In this document: one piece after another, positions 20,077 to 31,464 of the stretch | Position numbering within the stretch: the first letter of the stretch is position 1 | How the letters are laid out: every line of letters begins with the position of its first letter | DNA from: Entomortierella parvispora E1425 | Lineage: Eukaryota; Fungi; Mortierellomycota | DNA: 64,000 nt | Assembly: GCA_020891255.1 (NCBI GenBank) | Contig: BQFW01000001.1 | Span: 2,666,001-2,730,000 of the forward strand | Direction of reading: 5' to 3' | The notes under the pieces: model-generated | The model's input: only the letters and a program-made list of their open reading frames with translations | Databases searched by the model: none | Told to the model about the DNA's origin: nothing | Translations under genes and position numbers: made by a program

Positions 20077-22640
20077 ATGACCGATCCTTCCTACTCCAGA
20101 CCATTGCTCAGCGACAAAGACGACTATCCCCCCAGCAGGACAAACTCCTCTGGCGCCGGATCGCCTTCTTCCATCTCGTCGTCCTCCACTTCATCCTCCA
20201 AACGATGGATCTCCGATCCTGAAATGGGCCTCGATCCCCATGCCTATGCTGAGAACCCACGCCTGTCAAAGATCACCACCGGCGGCAGTGCGCGCTCGTC
20301 CTCCATCGGGTCGCCCATCACCGCAGCGGCCGTCCTCACCAAGCCCTTGTCTCTGTTCAGCAGTCTCCGCCGTGTCTTTAGACGCAACCCCACCACCGTC
20401 ATTGGCGGTCGGTACACTGTCAGTCTACGCCAGCTTCTTGGCCTGCTGGCCGTCTTTTCCACCCTCAGCTTTCTGAGCTTCCTCAACGGTCTGCGCGACA
20501 GCAGCAGTCCAGCAGGCATCTGGGTCAGAGATATCATTGGACCTTTCACACACCGAGGCCCCATCACCTACGTCTACAACGCCGCGGCACTCGCAGAAGA
20601 ACGGGCAAATTATCTGCCGTTGCGATATGGGCTCGTTCATTCGCCAGTGGACGAGGCTGCGGTGCACGATCGATACGAACGGGTGCGTGGCAAGGGAACG
20701 CAAACCAGTTTGAAAAAGATCCAGACCGCTTTTCGCAGGGAGACACGCGTGGAAAGGGAGGAACGCGAGAGGCGGCTGCAAACTGTTCGCGATGGATTCG
20801 AGCATGCGTGGCAAGGATACCGCTCCTATGCGTGGGGACATGATGAAGTCAAGCCTGTGAGCGGCTGGGTCAGGGATTCATTCAACGGATGGGGCGCCAC
20901 GATCGTCGATGCCTTGGATACGCTGATCATCATGGGATTCAACCAGGAGTTTGATGAAGCTGTGGAATGGGTCAGGACGTCCCTCAAGTTTGACAAGGAT
21001 CCAAAGCGACAGCTGCCCTTCTTTGAAACCGGGATCCGATACTTGGGTGGATTGCTCAGCGCGTACGATCTGAGTGGCGAGAAAGTGCTCCTGGACAAGG
21101 CAGAGGAACTCGCAGATTGCTTGATGAATGCGTTCCAGTATGGTGTCTTCCCCACCGGCTTGGTGACCTCAGATCCAAAGTACACCGCCAGTGCGCGCTG
21201 GTTTGTTCTTGCAGAGGTGGGCACGATCCAGTTGGAATTCAGTCGACTGTCGCAGTTGACTGGAAATCCACTCTATGAACAAAAGGTATTATAAGTTGGA
21301 GTGGGCTTTACTTTTTTTTCTCTCTTTTTTTTTTCTTTTTGTTCTCTTTTCTCCCTTGTCAGTCTCTCGAAAGTAATAATCGCTTGTTTCAACATCATAG
21401 GCCCTGGACGTGTTCAAGGCACTCGCCAAATCGTCAACAGAACTTCCAGGACTCTATCCAGTAGACATCACAGAGAACCCAGTCTCGACATATACCAACT
21501 ACCATGCTACCGTCGGAGGTGGAGTGGATAGCGCCTACGAGTATCTTCTCAAGGAATGGATCCTTCTTGACGGCAAACACGATCTTTCCCGAGACATGTT
21601 CCTTTCCACCGTGGATTCGATCCACAAGTATATGGTCAGCAGACCCGATACAGGATCCCAGGAGTACGCCATGCTGGGCGTCGTGTCGTCCAAGGATAAA
21701 ACCATCAACACACAAATGGGGCACTTGGTAAATATCCCCTTCGATTTGGCACTGCATCTGCCTTCAGTAGCCCTGGGGTTTGACTAACCTGTGTGTATCA
21801 ATGTGTATTAGGCATGCTTTTTCGGAGGCTCGTTGGCCATGAGTTCTGGCTACTTTGATCGACCAGAAGATCTTACCTTGGCCAAGCAAATCACTGAAGC
21901 CTGCGTCTTGAGTTATCGCAGTTCTGTAACAGGCATTGGCCCAGAGATGATCAAGTTTGAGAAGGCGAATGCTGACGGTACAAAGTTTAAAGTGGATCCA
22001 AAGACGTTTTACCATCGACGCAGCTCCAGCACCGAATACCTTTTGCGACCAGGTATGGGATTCAAACGTTGAATATTTATTCTGACAATGAATCAATATC
22101 CTGTTCTTGTTTTCTAACGCGCCTGATGATCTTTCTGTTTAGAAACAATCGAGTCTGTTTGGATTCTGTATCGTATGACAGGAGACAAGAAATACCAGGA
22201 CCAGGCATGGGAGATGTTCCAGGTAAAGACATGGCTCATTTTATGTGAGAAGAAGACCCCTCTTCTTTTTCATGTTCAAAGAAAAAAGGCCAGTCTGCTA
22301 AAATTATACATTCTCTTCTTGTTCCCATGCACTACAGTCGATGGAAAGGAGTTGCAGGACCAAAATCGCGTACTCGGGATTGAGAAATGTCAACCGTCAG
22401 GGGTCGTATGATGACAAAATGGAGAGGTAAGATAAAAAGTGAAAGCATGGAGCACATGTTGCAGGAAACAATGCCCGCCTGTTCATTTGAACTCATCCGT
22501 CTTTTATTGGTCCTATCCTTTCTAGTTTCTTTTTCGCGGAGACGATGAAGTACTACTATCTCATTTTCTCTACTCCGGATGTCATCTCTTTGGATGACTT
22601 TGTCCTCAACACGGAGGCGCACCCCATCCGGAGAATGTAG
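20077..22640 (+). CDS. GH47 class I alpha-1,2-mannosidase, type II membrane protein, 6 exons
   Basis: Motifs [48 protein letters not shown] and NTEAHP. Exons 20077-21285, 21401-21727, 21812-22052, 22143-22222, 22338-22426 and 22526-22640 splice in frame at GT-AG sites. Confidence 0.93.
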
Positions 22641-22789
22641 ACAGCGGATGAAAAAATTACCACAATATTGTACATTATTAAAGCAGACGGTGATCGAGCC
22701 ATTGTCTTTTCTGGATCAACTTGTTACCACTGGTCAATGCTTTTTTTGTTTCTCCTGTTCTCGAAAGTTGCTGATGCCTCCATGCATAC

Positions 22790-23712
22790 TCCAATTTTCT
22801 ACAAACCTGATCCGCGCCCAACGCTCCTCTCTTTCGAGCTGCCCGTTCCTGTTGGCGTCCAGTCGGTTCTTCCAAAAGGATCGAAGCTGGCCTCTCGGAG
22901 CTTTTCCATGACATAGTGAGCGGTCATGAACATGGTCGACAGGCTATGACCGTCTTGATCCGACCTGAATCGGGATCGTCTGGTTTGAGCAAAGGCCTCG
23001 CGTGACCCCGATTCAAGCTCCTGGAGGATCGTCCTAGAAGTGACGCCAGCCTGGTGGATGAGGATGGGTCGTCTCCGTGCGCCAAACTTTTGAAAGAGAG
23101 GTGATTGGACTGCCGGACTGACTCTCTTTACCCCTCATTCCAGAACCTCTGTAGTATCGACGCTGTCGAGTTGCGATAGCAAAGGCACTGCTGATCTCCA
23201 TTCAAAGTTGAAGATATATCCATAGAGAGCTATCCAGATATCCGCATGAGAGATCGGGCGACCAACAAAGACGTCGTCGTTCGTGTAGATAAGCTATTGT
23301 TTTGTTTCATCAACAAAAAGAGGATGACGAAGCGTCAATGTTGGGGCTCTCATTGAACCATCTTGTCTTCCTATCCCTCTATCTCCCCGTTTTCCATTCC
23401 TTGGTGCTTACCACGTCGCTTAGACCAGAAATGTGGTGAAGTTGAGATTCGATTGCAATCGAGTTGAACGTGGGCAGGCTGTCCCTGTCCTGAAAGATCT
23501 GAGAGTGATGGACAACCTTCACCTTCATGGGAGCATCTGCTGATCGATCAGACCAACCCGGTACTTGACCCTCTGCTGCTGGATCTTTGCTCAGAACCTT
23601 TTCCCGCTGGTGTGTCGGCCATGACAATATGGATGTTGCGTACGACTGATGTCCCATATTGGTGAACTCCTCGGATCGAGTACTTGAGTTGGCTGCTGTC
23701 TCTCCATCTCCT
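22790..23712 (-). pseudogene. Stealth-family hexose/xylose-phosphotransferase pseudogene (5-prime truncated)
   Basis: Hand translation gives RWRDSSQLKYSIRGV..VRNIHIVMAD / GQVPGW..HHSQIFQDRDSLPTFNSIAIESQLHHISGLSDV [intron 23294-23411] LIYTNDDVFVG, the Stealth CR2 motif. It has a premature TGA at 23135-23137 and frameshifts near 23585 and 22895; CR1 is absent. Confidence 0.85.
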
Positions 23713-24339
23713 AGGGGTCTCCAGAGGAGGTGACCGCTGCTTCCAGCCTTTATAGAGGACTAGAATCCACTAGACTGTAAGGACGGAGAATAAAGAAAGA
23801 CGCCAGAGTTCAAGGGAGATCCGGAAAGTAGTGAGTCTAATTGCCGTGGAAAGGAAAAAAGGAAAAGAGGAGCGAGAAACGATCCAACGCGACTATGCGC
23901 CACAAACGGTGTCATATCAATTTTGTTCCCGCCCCCTTTTTTTTTGGTTTTTGGCTCATGTTCGCGCACAGACTGCAATGGCATTCCTTGGGCGCGTTGC
24001 TGATCTCAACGGACGGCTCAAGATGACCATGCTCATTTTCTAGAAACACTTGTGTTCCTGAAATGCAGGAATCCACAGTGAGCATGCAGCAGTCTAGGAC
24101 GCGACGGTCGACACACACCCTCATCTTGCAACCACCTTGTGGTTTTGAAAAATTGCAATTTCTCAACGTACGTTTCTGTGCGTTTGTGCACTTTTTTTTT
24201 TTTGGGAGAGCAATGCTGAACTTTTTTGCTTGAGAGCAAGGCTGTCTGTCGCTCCTATAAAGGTGGTCATTTCTTCGCAATCTCCAGGGGCAACATCCCT
24301 TCCTGTCAGCTCTCCACGAACCCCCAACCCTTCTCAACC

Positions 24340-26425
24340 ATGATTCTCGAAAATGAGGAATACCAGAACATCATTGACAAGATCAATAAGATCCGCAGCT
24401 ATGGTCTGAGCAAGATGATTACTCTTCCACAGATCGCCATCCTGGGCGACCAATCCAGCGGCAAGTCCAGTGTCCTCGAGGCCATCACCAAGCTTTCGTT
24501 CCCAAGAGACAAGGATACATGTACTCGTTTCGCCACTCAAGTCAGTCTTCGGCAGAGCGAGCGTGCCGGTTTGTCGGCCCATATCGACGGCGAACAAGAG
24601 TTCAACAAGAGGTTCCATGCTCTAGAGGCCACGGATAGCATTCATCCAATCATCAATGAGGCCAATCGCGTTCTTTGCACAAGAGTCGATATCAGCGACA
24701 AGGTCCTTGAGATCACCATCTCGGGTCCCACTTTGTCGCCGCTTACTGTCATTGACCTCCCAGGTACGCGCTCTATTTTGTCTGCGATAAAAGTTATACT
24801 CTCGAATAGCAGGTGATGGATGTCCACTAATCTTTTGTATTTCTTTTTACTTTGCAGGCTACATCAACACGACCGTCGATGGGCAAGACAAGAGTATTGT
24901 CGAGACCATTCGAACCATCAACACTCGGTACATCAAGGACAGTCGCACCATCATCTTGGCTGTCGTCCCCGCCAATGTTGATCTGAACAACATCTTTGTG
25001 CTCGGAGAAGCAGAGCGATACGATCCTTCGAACGAACGCACGATCCCCATCGTGACCAAACCCGACACGGTCGAGGACGATTTGCTTCCAGGATTGGTGG
25101 AGACCATCCTCAACAGACGCAAATTCATGAGACTTGGCTACCTGGTCATGAAAAACTCGAGCTACAGGGACATTGATACCCCTTGGGAAGATGCCAGGTT
25201 GAAAGAGGAAAAGTTCTTCAAGTCGAAGCCGCTGTGGGCCAAAGTGCCAGACTCTATGAAGGGACGCACAAGTGTCAAGGATTTCCTGGGCCGATTGCTT
25301 GTCGAACATATCAAGAAGGAACTGCCCCAACTGAAACTGGAACTCCTTGCCCTCATGAGCGTCTGCGAGAAGGAAGTTGCCGGTCTGGGGACGCCTATCT
25401 CCAGCATCACCAGTGCAAAGCAAAAGTACTTGGGGAGCATCATGGACCTCAAGAGCTCCCTGATTGAGCTCCTGGATGGCCGTTACACGCTCGATTACAT
25501 CAACAGTCGCAAGTTTGATGCCACAGCCACGCCGGCAACTTTATCGACCGAGGACGAGGACAACGATCTCATTGTGCCCACCTCGACCGCCGACCAAGGG
25601 TTCATTCGATCGGGCCTTCACCGGCGCTACGAAAACTTCAGCAGTGCCTTGAGCAAAGACAAGTATATCCTGCCCTCGGACAAGATTGCAGAACTGGTGT
25701 TGCGATACAAAGGAAATGAGCTGCCCGGCTTTATCTCGTTCACCACGTTTACACAGATTTACATCCAAACATTGGATCACTGGCACGAAATTACCAAGGT
25801 CCATGTGCGTAGCATGCACACGTATTTCTTTAGTGCTGTTTCCAGTTACATTGCACATACATCGGATCCCCTGTTGAAGGACATACTCCAGCTAGAGTTT
25901 GCAAAGTTCTACGCTTCCCAAGTCGGCAAGATCGACGATGCCATTGAGAACATCTTTACGGATGAGAGCTCGCCGTTTACCTTGAACAAGTACTACTATG
26001 ATAATATCCTCAGGAGTCGACATGAGAAAGCGCAAAAAAGACTGCGCGATGCCGTTGATCGTTTCAATACCTATTGCAACGAAACGGGCTCATACTCGGA
26101 CACAGCAGCAATGAATATCTTCATGCAAACCCACAAGATCGAAGAATGGAACGTCAGCGAAAATGAGAAACACGCGGTGGAGGACTTGACAGATGTGCTT
26201 CTGTCCTATTGCAAGGTGGCACGCAAACGCATCGTCGATGTGGTGGTTCTGCAGTCCATTGAACGGTACATGATCAAGCAAATCAACCTCTATTTCAATC
26301 TGTTGATTGCGGTTGACGACAGCACAGTCTCCGACAAACTTCTTGAAACGCCTCACAAGATCGCGCAGCGCGATGAACTTCAAAATCGGTTGCAGGTGCT
26401 CCGAAGGAGCCTCATGGAGATGTAG
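24340..26425 (+). CDS. Mx-like dynamin-family GTPase, paralog 1 (about 663 aa, intron 24764-24857)
   Basis: G1 GDQSSGKSS, G2 CTRFAT, G3 DLPG and G4 TKPD are present, with a middle domain and GED (SYCKVARKRIVD). There is no PH domain or B-insert. Confidence 0.92.
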
Positions 26426-26850
26426 TCCACTTGTTTCTGGAGTATGGGAAGTATGGAAAGGGTATGAAATAGTCCCCTTGCAGAGAGAAAAAAAAAGAAA
26501 GAAAAAAAAAAGTCGGATTCTTGAACTAGCCCGCTGTTGATTCATTGGTGACCGAGATCTCTTTTGTTGCAAGCGGCGCCTGTTGCATGGATTCACTTGT
26601 GCACTTTACTGAGGATCTTTTAGTTGCGGTCTTCATGGATAACTAGAATCCACAGGACGATAAGGAATACTGATAAGAAAGCGCAGAGATCTGGCTTGGA
26701 TTGACCCCCCACTGTCGTGGGCAGGAAAATGAACCAAAGACCAGTGTGCGCCCATCGTCACCTCTTCCCCCTATTTTTTTTTAATGTTACTGTACCTTTT
26801 TTTTTGGGGGGGGGGGGCTCTTGCTTGTGCACAGACAGGTGGTGTTTCTC

Positions 26851-26934
26851 TGGCGCGTATCTGATTACAAAAAGGCGAAGTACCGCAAGGGGGTATTCCT
26901 GTGGCGCGTATTTGATTCAAAAAGGCAAAGTACG
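26851..26934 (+). repeat. Direct repeat, 2 x about 33 bp, upstream of dynamin paralog 2
   Basis: TGGCGCGTATCTGATTACAAAAAGGCGAAGTAC at 26851 and TGGCGCGTATTTGATTCAAAAAGGCAAAGTAC at 26902. Confidence 0.75.
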
Positions 26935-27263
26935 GCTCGATTCTCGTCCCCATGATGTGGAAACAAAGCGTGTTCCGCCAAGGATGCTACAGTCGATTTG
27001 TCCTCATCCTTTGGGCTCCACTCTTTTTTTTTTTTCAAAAACTGCAATTCCTCGATGTCGTCCATGTGCTTGTTTGTGTGGTGTGTGTGGCATGTGCGTG
27101 TTTTTTTTTTTTCTTTTTTTGCGAGCAATGGCAAAGTATTCGCATGAAAGCAACCCAGAGTATTGATGATAAAAGGAGGCCAAAAGGTCGACCCTTTGCA
27201 ATGTTCTGGAACAAACTCCTCCCCTCTCACCTCTCCCCGACCCTCCTACCTACGCCCACCACG

Positions 27264-29358
27264 ATGTTTGAAAGCGAGGAATACCAGAACATCATCGACA
27301 AGATCAACAAGATCCGTAGCTATGGTCTGAACAAGATGATCACGATCCCGCAGATCGCCATCCTGGGCGACCAGTCTAGCGGCAAGTCCAGTGTCCTCGA
27401 GGCCATTACCAAGCTTTCGTTCCCTCGAAACATCGATACTTGCACTCGTTTCGCCACTCAAGTCAGTCTTCGGCAGAGCGAGCGCGCAGGTCTGTCGGCT
27501 CATATCGACGACGAACACGACTTTAACAAAAAGTACAATGCAATGGAGGCCACGGCCAACATCAATCCCATTATCAATGAAGCCAATCGCATTCTTTGCT
27601 CGAGAGTGGAGATCAGCGACAAGGTCCTTGAGATCACCATCTCGGGTCCCACTTTGTCGCCGCTTACTGTCATTGACCTCCCAGGTACGCGCTCTATTTT
27701 GTCTGCGATAAAAGTTATACTCTCGAATAGCAGGTGATGGATGTCCACTAATCTTTTGTATTTCTTTTTACTTTGCAGGCTACATCAACACGACCGTCGA
27801 TGGGCAAGACAAGAGTATTGTCGAGACCATTCGAACCATCAACACTCGGTACATCAAGGACAGTCGCACCATCATCTTGGCTGTCGTCCCCGCCAATGTT
27901 GATCTGAACAACATCTTTGTGCTCGGAGAAGCAGAGCGATACGATCCTTCGAACGAACGTACGATCCCCATCGTGACCAAACCCGACACGGTCGAGGACG
28001 ATTTGCTTCCAAGCCTGGTTGAGACCATCCTCAACAAACGCAAATTCATGAGACTTGGTTACTTGGTCATGAAAAACTCGAGTTTCAGGGACATTGAATT
28101 GCCCTGGGACACTGCCAGGCTGAAAGAAGAAGAGTTTTTCAATTCATCGCCCCTATGGGCTCAGGTGCCAGAGTCCCGTAAAGGACGCGCCAGTGTGGAG
28201 AAATTCTTGGGCCGATTGCTCGTCGATCATATCAAGAAAGAACTGCCTCAACTGAAGCTCGAAGTCCTCGCCCTGATAGGCGTCTGTGAAAAAGAGATCG
28301 CAGTTCTTGGTCCTCCTGTTTCCAACCTCACGAGTGCAAAACAAAAGTACCTGAGTAGTATCATGAATCTCAAAAGCTCTCTGACCGAACTTTTGGATGG
28401 CCGATACACGCTCGAGTATATCAACGCTCAGAAAGCCGAGACCACAGCTGAACCGAATCCTGTGTTGGACGAGGACGACGACAGCAATGATCTTTCTGTA
28501 CCAGCTTTGACGACCGACCAAGGGTTCATTCGATCGGGCCTTTACAAGCGTTACGAAAACTTTAGTAACGCCTTGAACAAAGACAAGTTCATCCTCTCCA
28601 AGGACAAGGTCACTGAGCTCGTCATCCGGTACAAGGGGAACGAACTACCGGGCTTCATCTCGTTTACCACGTTCACGCAGATTTACACCCAAACGTTGAG
28701 TCATTGGCATGACATTACAAAGGTGCGTGTGCTTGATATGCACAGGTATTTCTTCAAGGCCGTTTCCGACTACATTGCGTTCACGTCGGATCCATTGCTG
28801 AAGAACGTACTGCAGCTAGAGTTTGCAAAGTTCTACTCTTCCCAAATCATCAAGATTGACGACGTCGTTGAGAATATCTTCACGGATGAAGGCTCACCGT
28901 TCACAATGAACAAGTACTACTTTGACACTATTATGAAAAAGCGACAAGAGAAGGCAGAGAAGAAACAGCGCGAACAGTTGGACAAATGGAAGGGTCATAT
29001 TGAACAAGCCACGCTCGGAACAAAGGTCCTGAACAGCACAAATTACGCAAATTGCTTGAATACCCTCAAGATCGAGGACTGGACTGTCAGCGAAAACGAG
29101 AAGCACGCCGTTGAAGACCTAACGGACGAGCTTCTGTCCTACTGCAAAGTGGCGCGCAAGCGAATTGTCGATGTAGTCGTTCTGCAGTCTATTGAGCGAT
29201 ACATGATCAAGCAAATCAACCTTTATTTCGATCTGTTGATCGCTGTCGACGACAACACCATCTCGAGCATGCTTCTTGAGAGCCCCTCCAAGATTGCTCA
29301 ACGCGATGAAATTCAAAATAGGTTGCATGTACTCCAAAAGAGTCTCTTGGAGCTCTAG
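27264..29358 (+). CDS. Mx-like dynamin-family GTPase, paralog 2 (about 666 aa, intron 27685-27778)
   Basis: Same G1-G4 motifs, intron position and GED as paralog 1; tandem duplicate at an offset of about 2.9 kb. Confidence 0.92.
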
Positions 29359-29859
29359 TTCAGTTTCTGTGGAGTATGAGAAGAGCCTGCGTTCTCTCTG
29401 CAGCCGTTCATAAAAAAAAAGATGTCGACTGATTCATTGTAGATTCTACGTCAGATATGTTTTTGAATAAACCGTCAAGGGAAAAAGATGAACTACACCA
29501 CCGTTGATATCATTGGGCACCGTGGGCCCCTTCGTCGCAAGTGGAGTTTGTCGTATGGGTTCATTCTACGCTCTTTGACCATGATGTTTTTTTATCCCCG
29601 AGATCATTTGATCTCCGCGTTTTCGTAGAAAAGTGGCCTGCTCTTTTTTGTGGCTATGGTTGCTACCTCTCTAACCCTTGCAACTAGGTCGTCATCTGAG
29701 CTTGATTAATGACAGGTGCCGAATCCAAAAAAGCTAAGAAGCCGGTACTCTATAAAAACTGGGTTGGGCAGTGGTCTGGACAAGTGAATGTCAAGTCAAA
29801 ACCGCGCTCGTACTCTTTTGTAACACACATCCCCAACTTCATCCAACCCATCATCCACC

Positions 29860-30243
29860 ATGCACTTCAAGGCTGCTCTCGTTGCTTTGGTCGCCGCCTC
29901 TGTGGCCCACGCCATTGATACCTCCGACTCGACCGATCCTTCCAAGCTCTCGATCATCGAGAACAACATTGGTCCTCAGATCACGACGACGCGTCCTTTG
30001 CACACTCAGCGACACCCCCTTCTCTATGGTGACCTCGATCGAACCTACTACCCCAACAGCGGTCGTCAGATCATGTACCGCCGCTCGGATGACGCTGCCA
30101 GCGAGAGCGGTCAGAGCAAGATTGCCGTTCCAGGCTCGGAGAGCGATGAAAATGAGGATGACAAGTTTTGGATGTTCCCGTATTACGGCTACCGCTTCTA
30201 CCGACCCTTTTACTACCGTCGCACCTATCCCATCTTCTTTTGA
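29860..30243 (+). CDS. Secreted precursor with a Tyr/Phe/Arg-rich C-terminal peptide (127 aa)
   Basis: Signal peptide MHFKAALVALVAASVAHA, an acidic spacer, then EDDK-FWMFPYYGYRFYRPFYYRRTYPIFF; TATAAAAA near 29751. Confidence 0.8.
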   Translation: MHFKAALVALVAASVAHAIDTSDSTDPSKLSIIENNIGPQITTTRPLHTQRHPLLYGDLDRTYYPNSGRQIMYRRSDDAASESGQSKIAVPGSESDENEDDKFWMFPYYGYRFYRPFYYRRTYPIFF

Positions 30244-30620
30244 AGTGGAGGGGGTTACCCTGATGAGGCGAACAAGTCAATTGAACAATATCGCCGATGA
30301 TGAGTGATTTGATGATGGCAGCATGCAAAGTTCAAATAAAAAAAATCCCGTCCAGATGGGCACACCAGCAACAAAATGAAATGGGGAACTTTGCCATCAG
30401 TCCTTTGTCACCATCAATCGAAATTGGATCCTCTTTGTTCCCGAGACCTCGGGCGGATGTGAACATTAGACTCTCATCGACGAGGCAAGGATGCTTCAGT
30501 TGGGATGTTTGAAATATAAAAACGCAAAGAACGCAACTCAAATGCCCACCATCCTCCTCGCGCAGACTCTACAGCACCAACACCAATCTCCACTAGGATT
30601 ACTTCAAAAACAAGACAACC

Positions 30621-30962
30621 ATGCACTGCAAGCTCCCCTCCGCCGTTCTGATCACCGTGTCGATCATCGCCATGACTCAAGCACTCCCTCAAGGACAGAT
30701 GGTGCCAGCCATAAGTGCCACCTCTGGCGCCCCTCCAATGCTTTCAGGACCAAGCATCCCCCCCACTTCATTGACTACCTCTGCTGTCTCGGTGGATTCA
30801 CAGGCCGATGCTCCCAGTGGCGACATTGGGGACAACTCCAAGTGGGGATCGGGCTGGGGATGCGGCGGATGGGGTGGATGGGGTGGATGGGGTGGATGGG
30901 GTGGATGCGGCAATTGGAACAGCGGATGGTCGTGGCCCTCGTGGTCTGGTTGCTGGTGGTAG
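30621..30962 (+). CDS. Secreted precursor with a Trp/Gly-rich C-terminal peptide (113 aa)
   Basis: Signal peptide MHCKLPSAVLITVSIIAMTQA, a Ser/Pro/Asp spacer, then DNSK-WGSGWGCGGWGGWGGWGGWGGC...CWW; TATAAAAA near 30514. Confidence 0.75.
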   Translation: MHCKLPSAVLITVSIIAMTQALPQGQMVPAISATSGAPPMLSGPSIPPTSLTTSAVSVDSQADAPSGDIGDNSKWGSGWGCGGWGGWGGWGGWGGCGNWNSGWSWPSWSGCWW

Positions 30963-31249
30963 TTGACCGACCTGATTTTGTTTGACGCGTTCGAGTCGTT
31001 CGAATCTGTCCCATGCCCCCTCGACTGCCCTCATTAGAACATGAACCCGCCTCTTCCGGTCTTCACTACTGGCCTCCCACGACACTGCTCCACATAAAAG
31101 AATAAAGTACTTCACAAAGAGAAACCTCAGTGCTACGGAGAGATAGGAAGAAAGAATATGTTGAACATTTGTTGCACCCAATCTCTTCATCTCACATCGA
31201 CTCCTTGTGTCTGGTAAAAATCGCGTCTGGTAGCGCCAGGCTCTCACCA

Positions 31250-31280
<31 letters not shown>

Positions 31281-31464
31281 GGAGTCGAATCGAGGCAAGG
31301 CACCATTCATTTCCATCTCCATTCGCATTCTCATTCACTCAATGCCCATCCTTTGCGCCTCTCCTGGTCCTTTCAAATAACATTCAAATGCAACCCTTGG
31401 TAGGATCAAGACCGATAAGACAGCAATGGCTGAAGATGATATTTGGACCGATGAACAACTAGAT

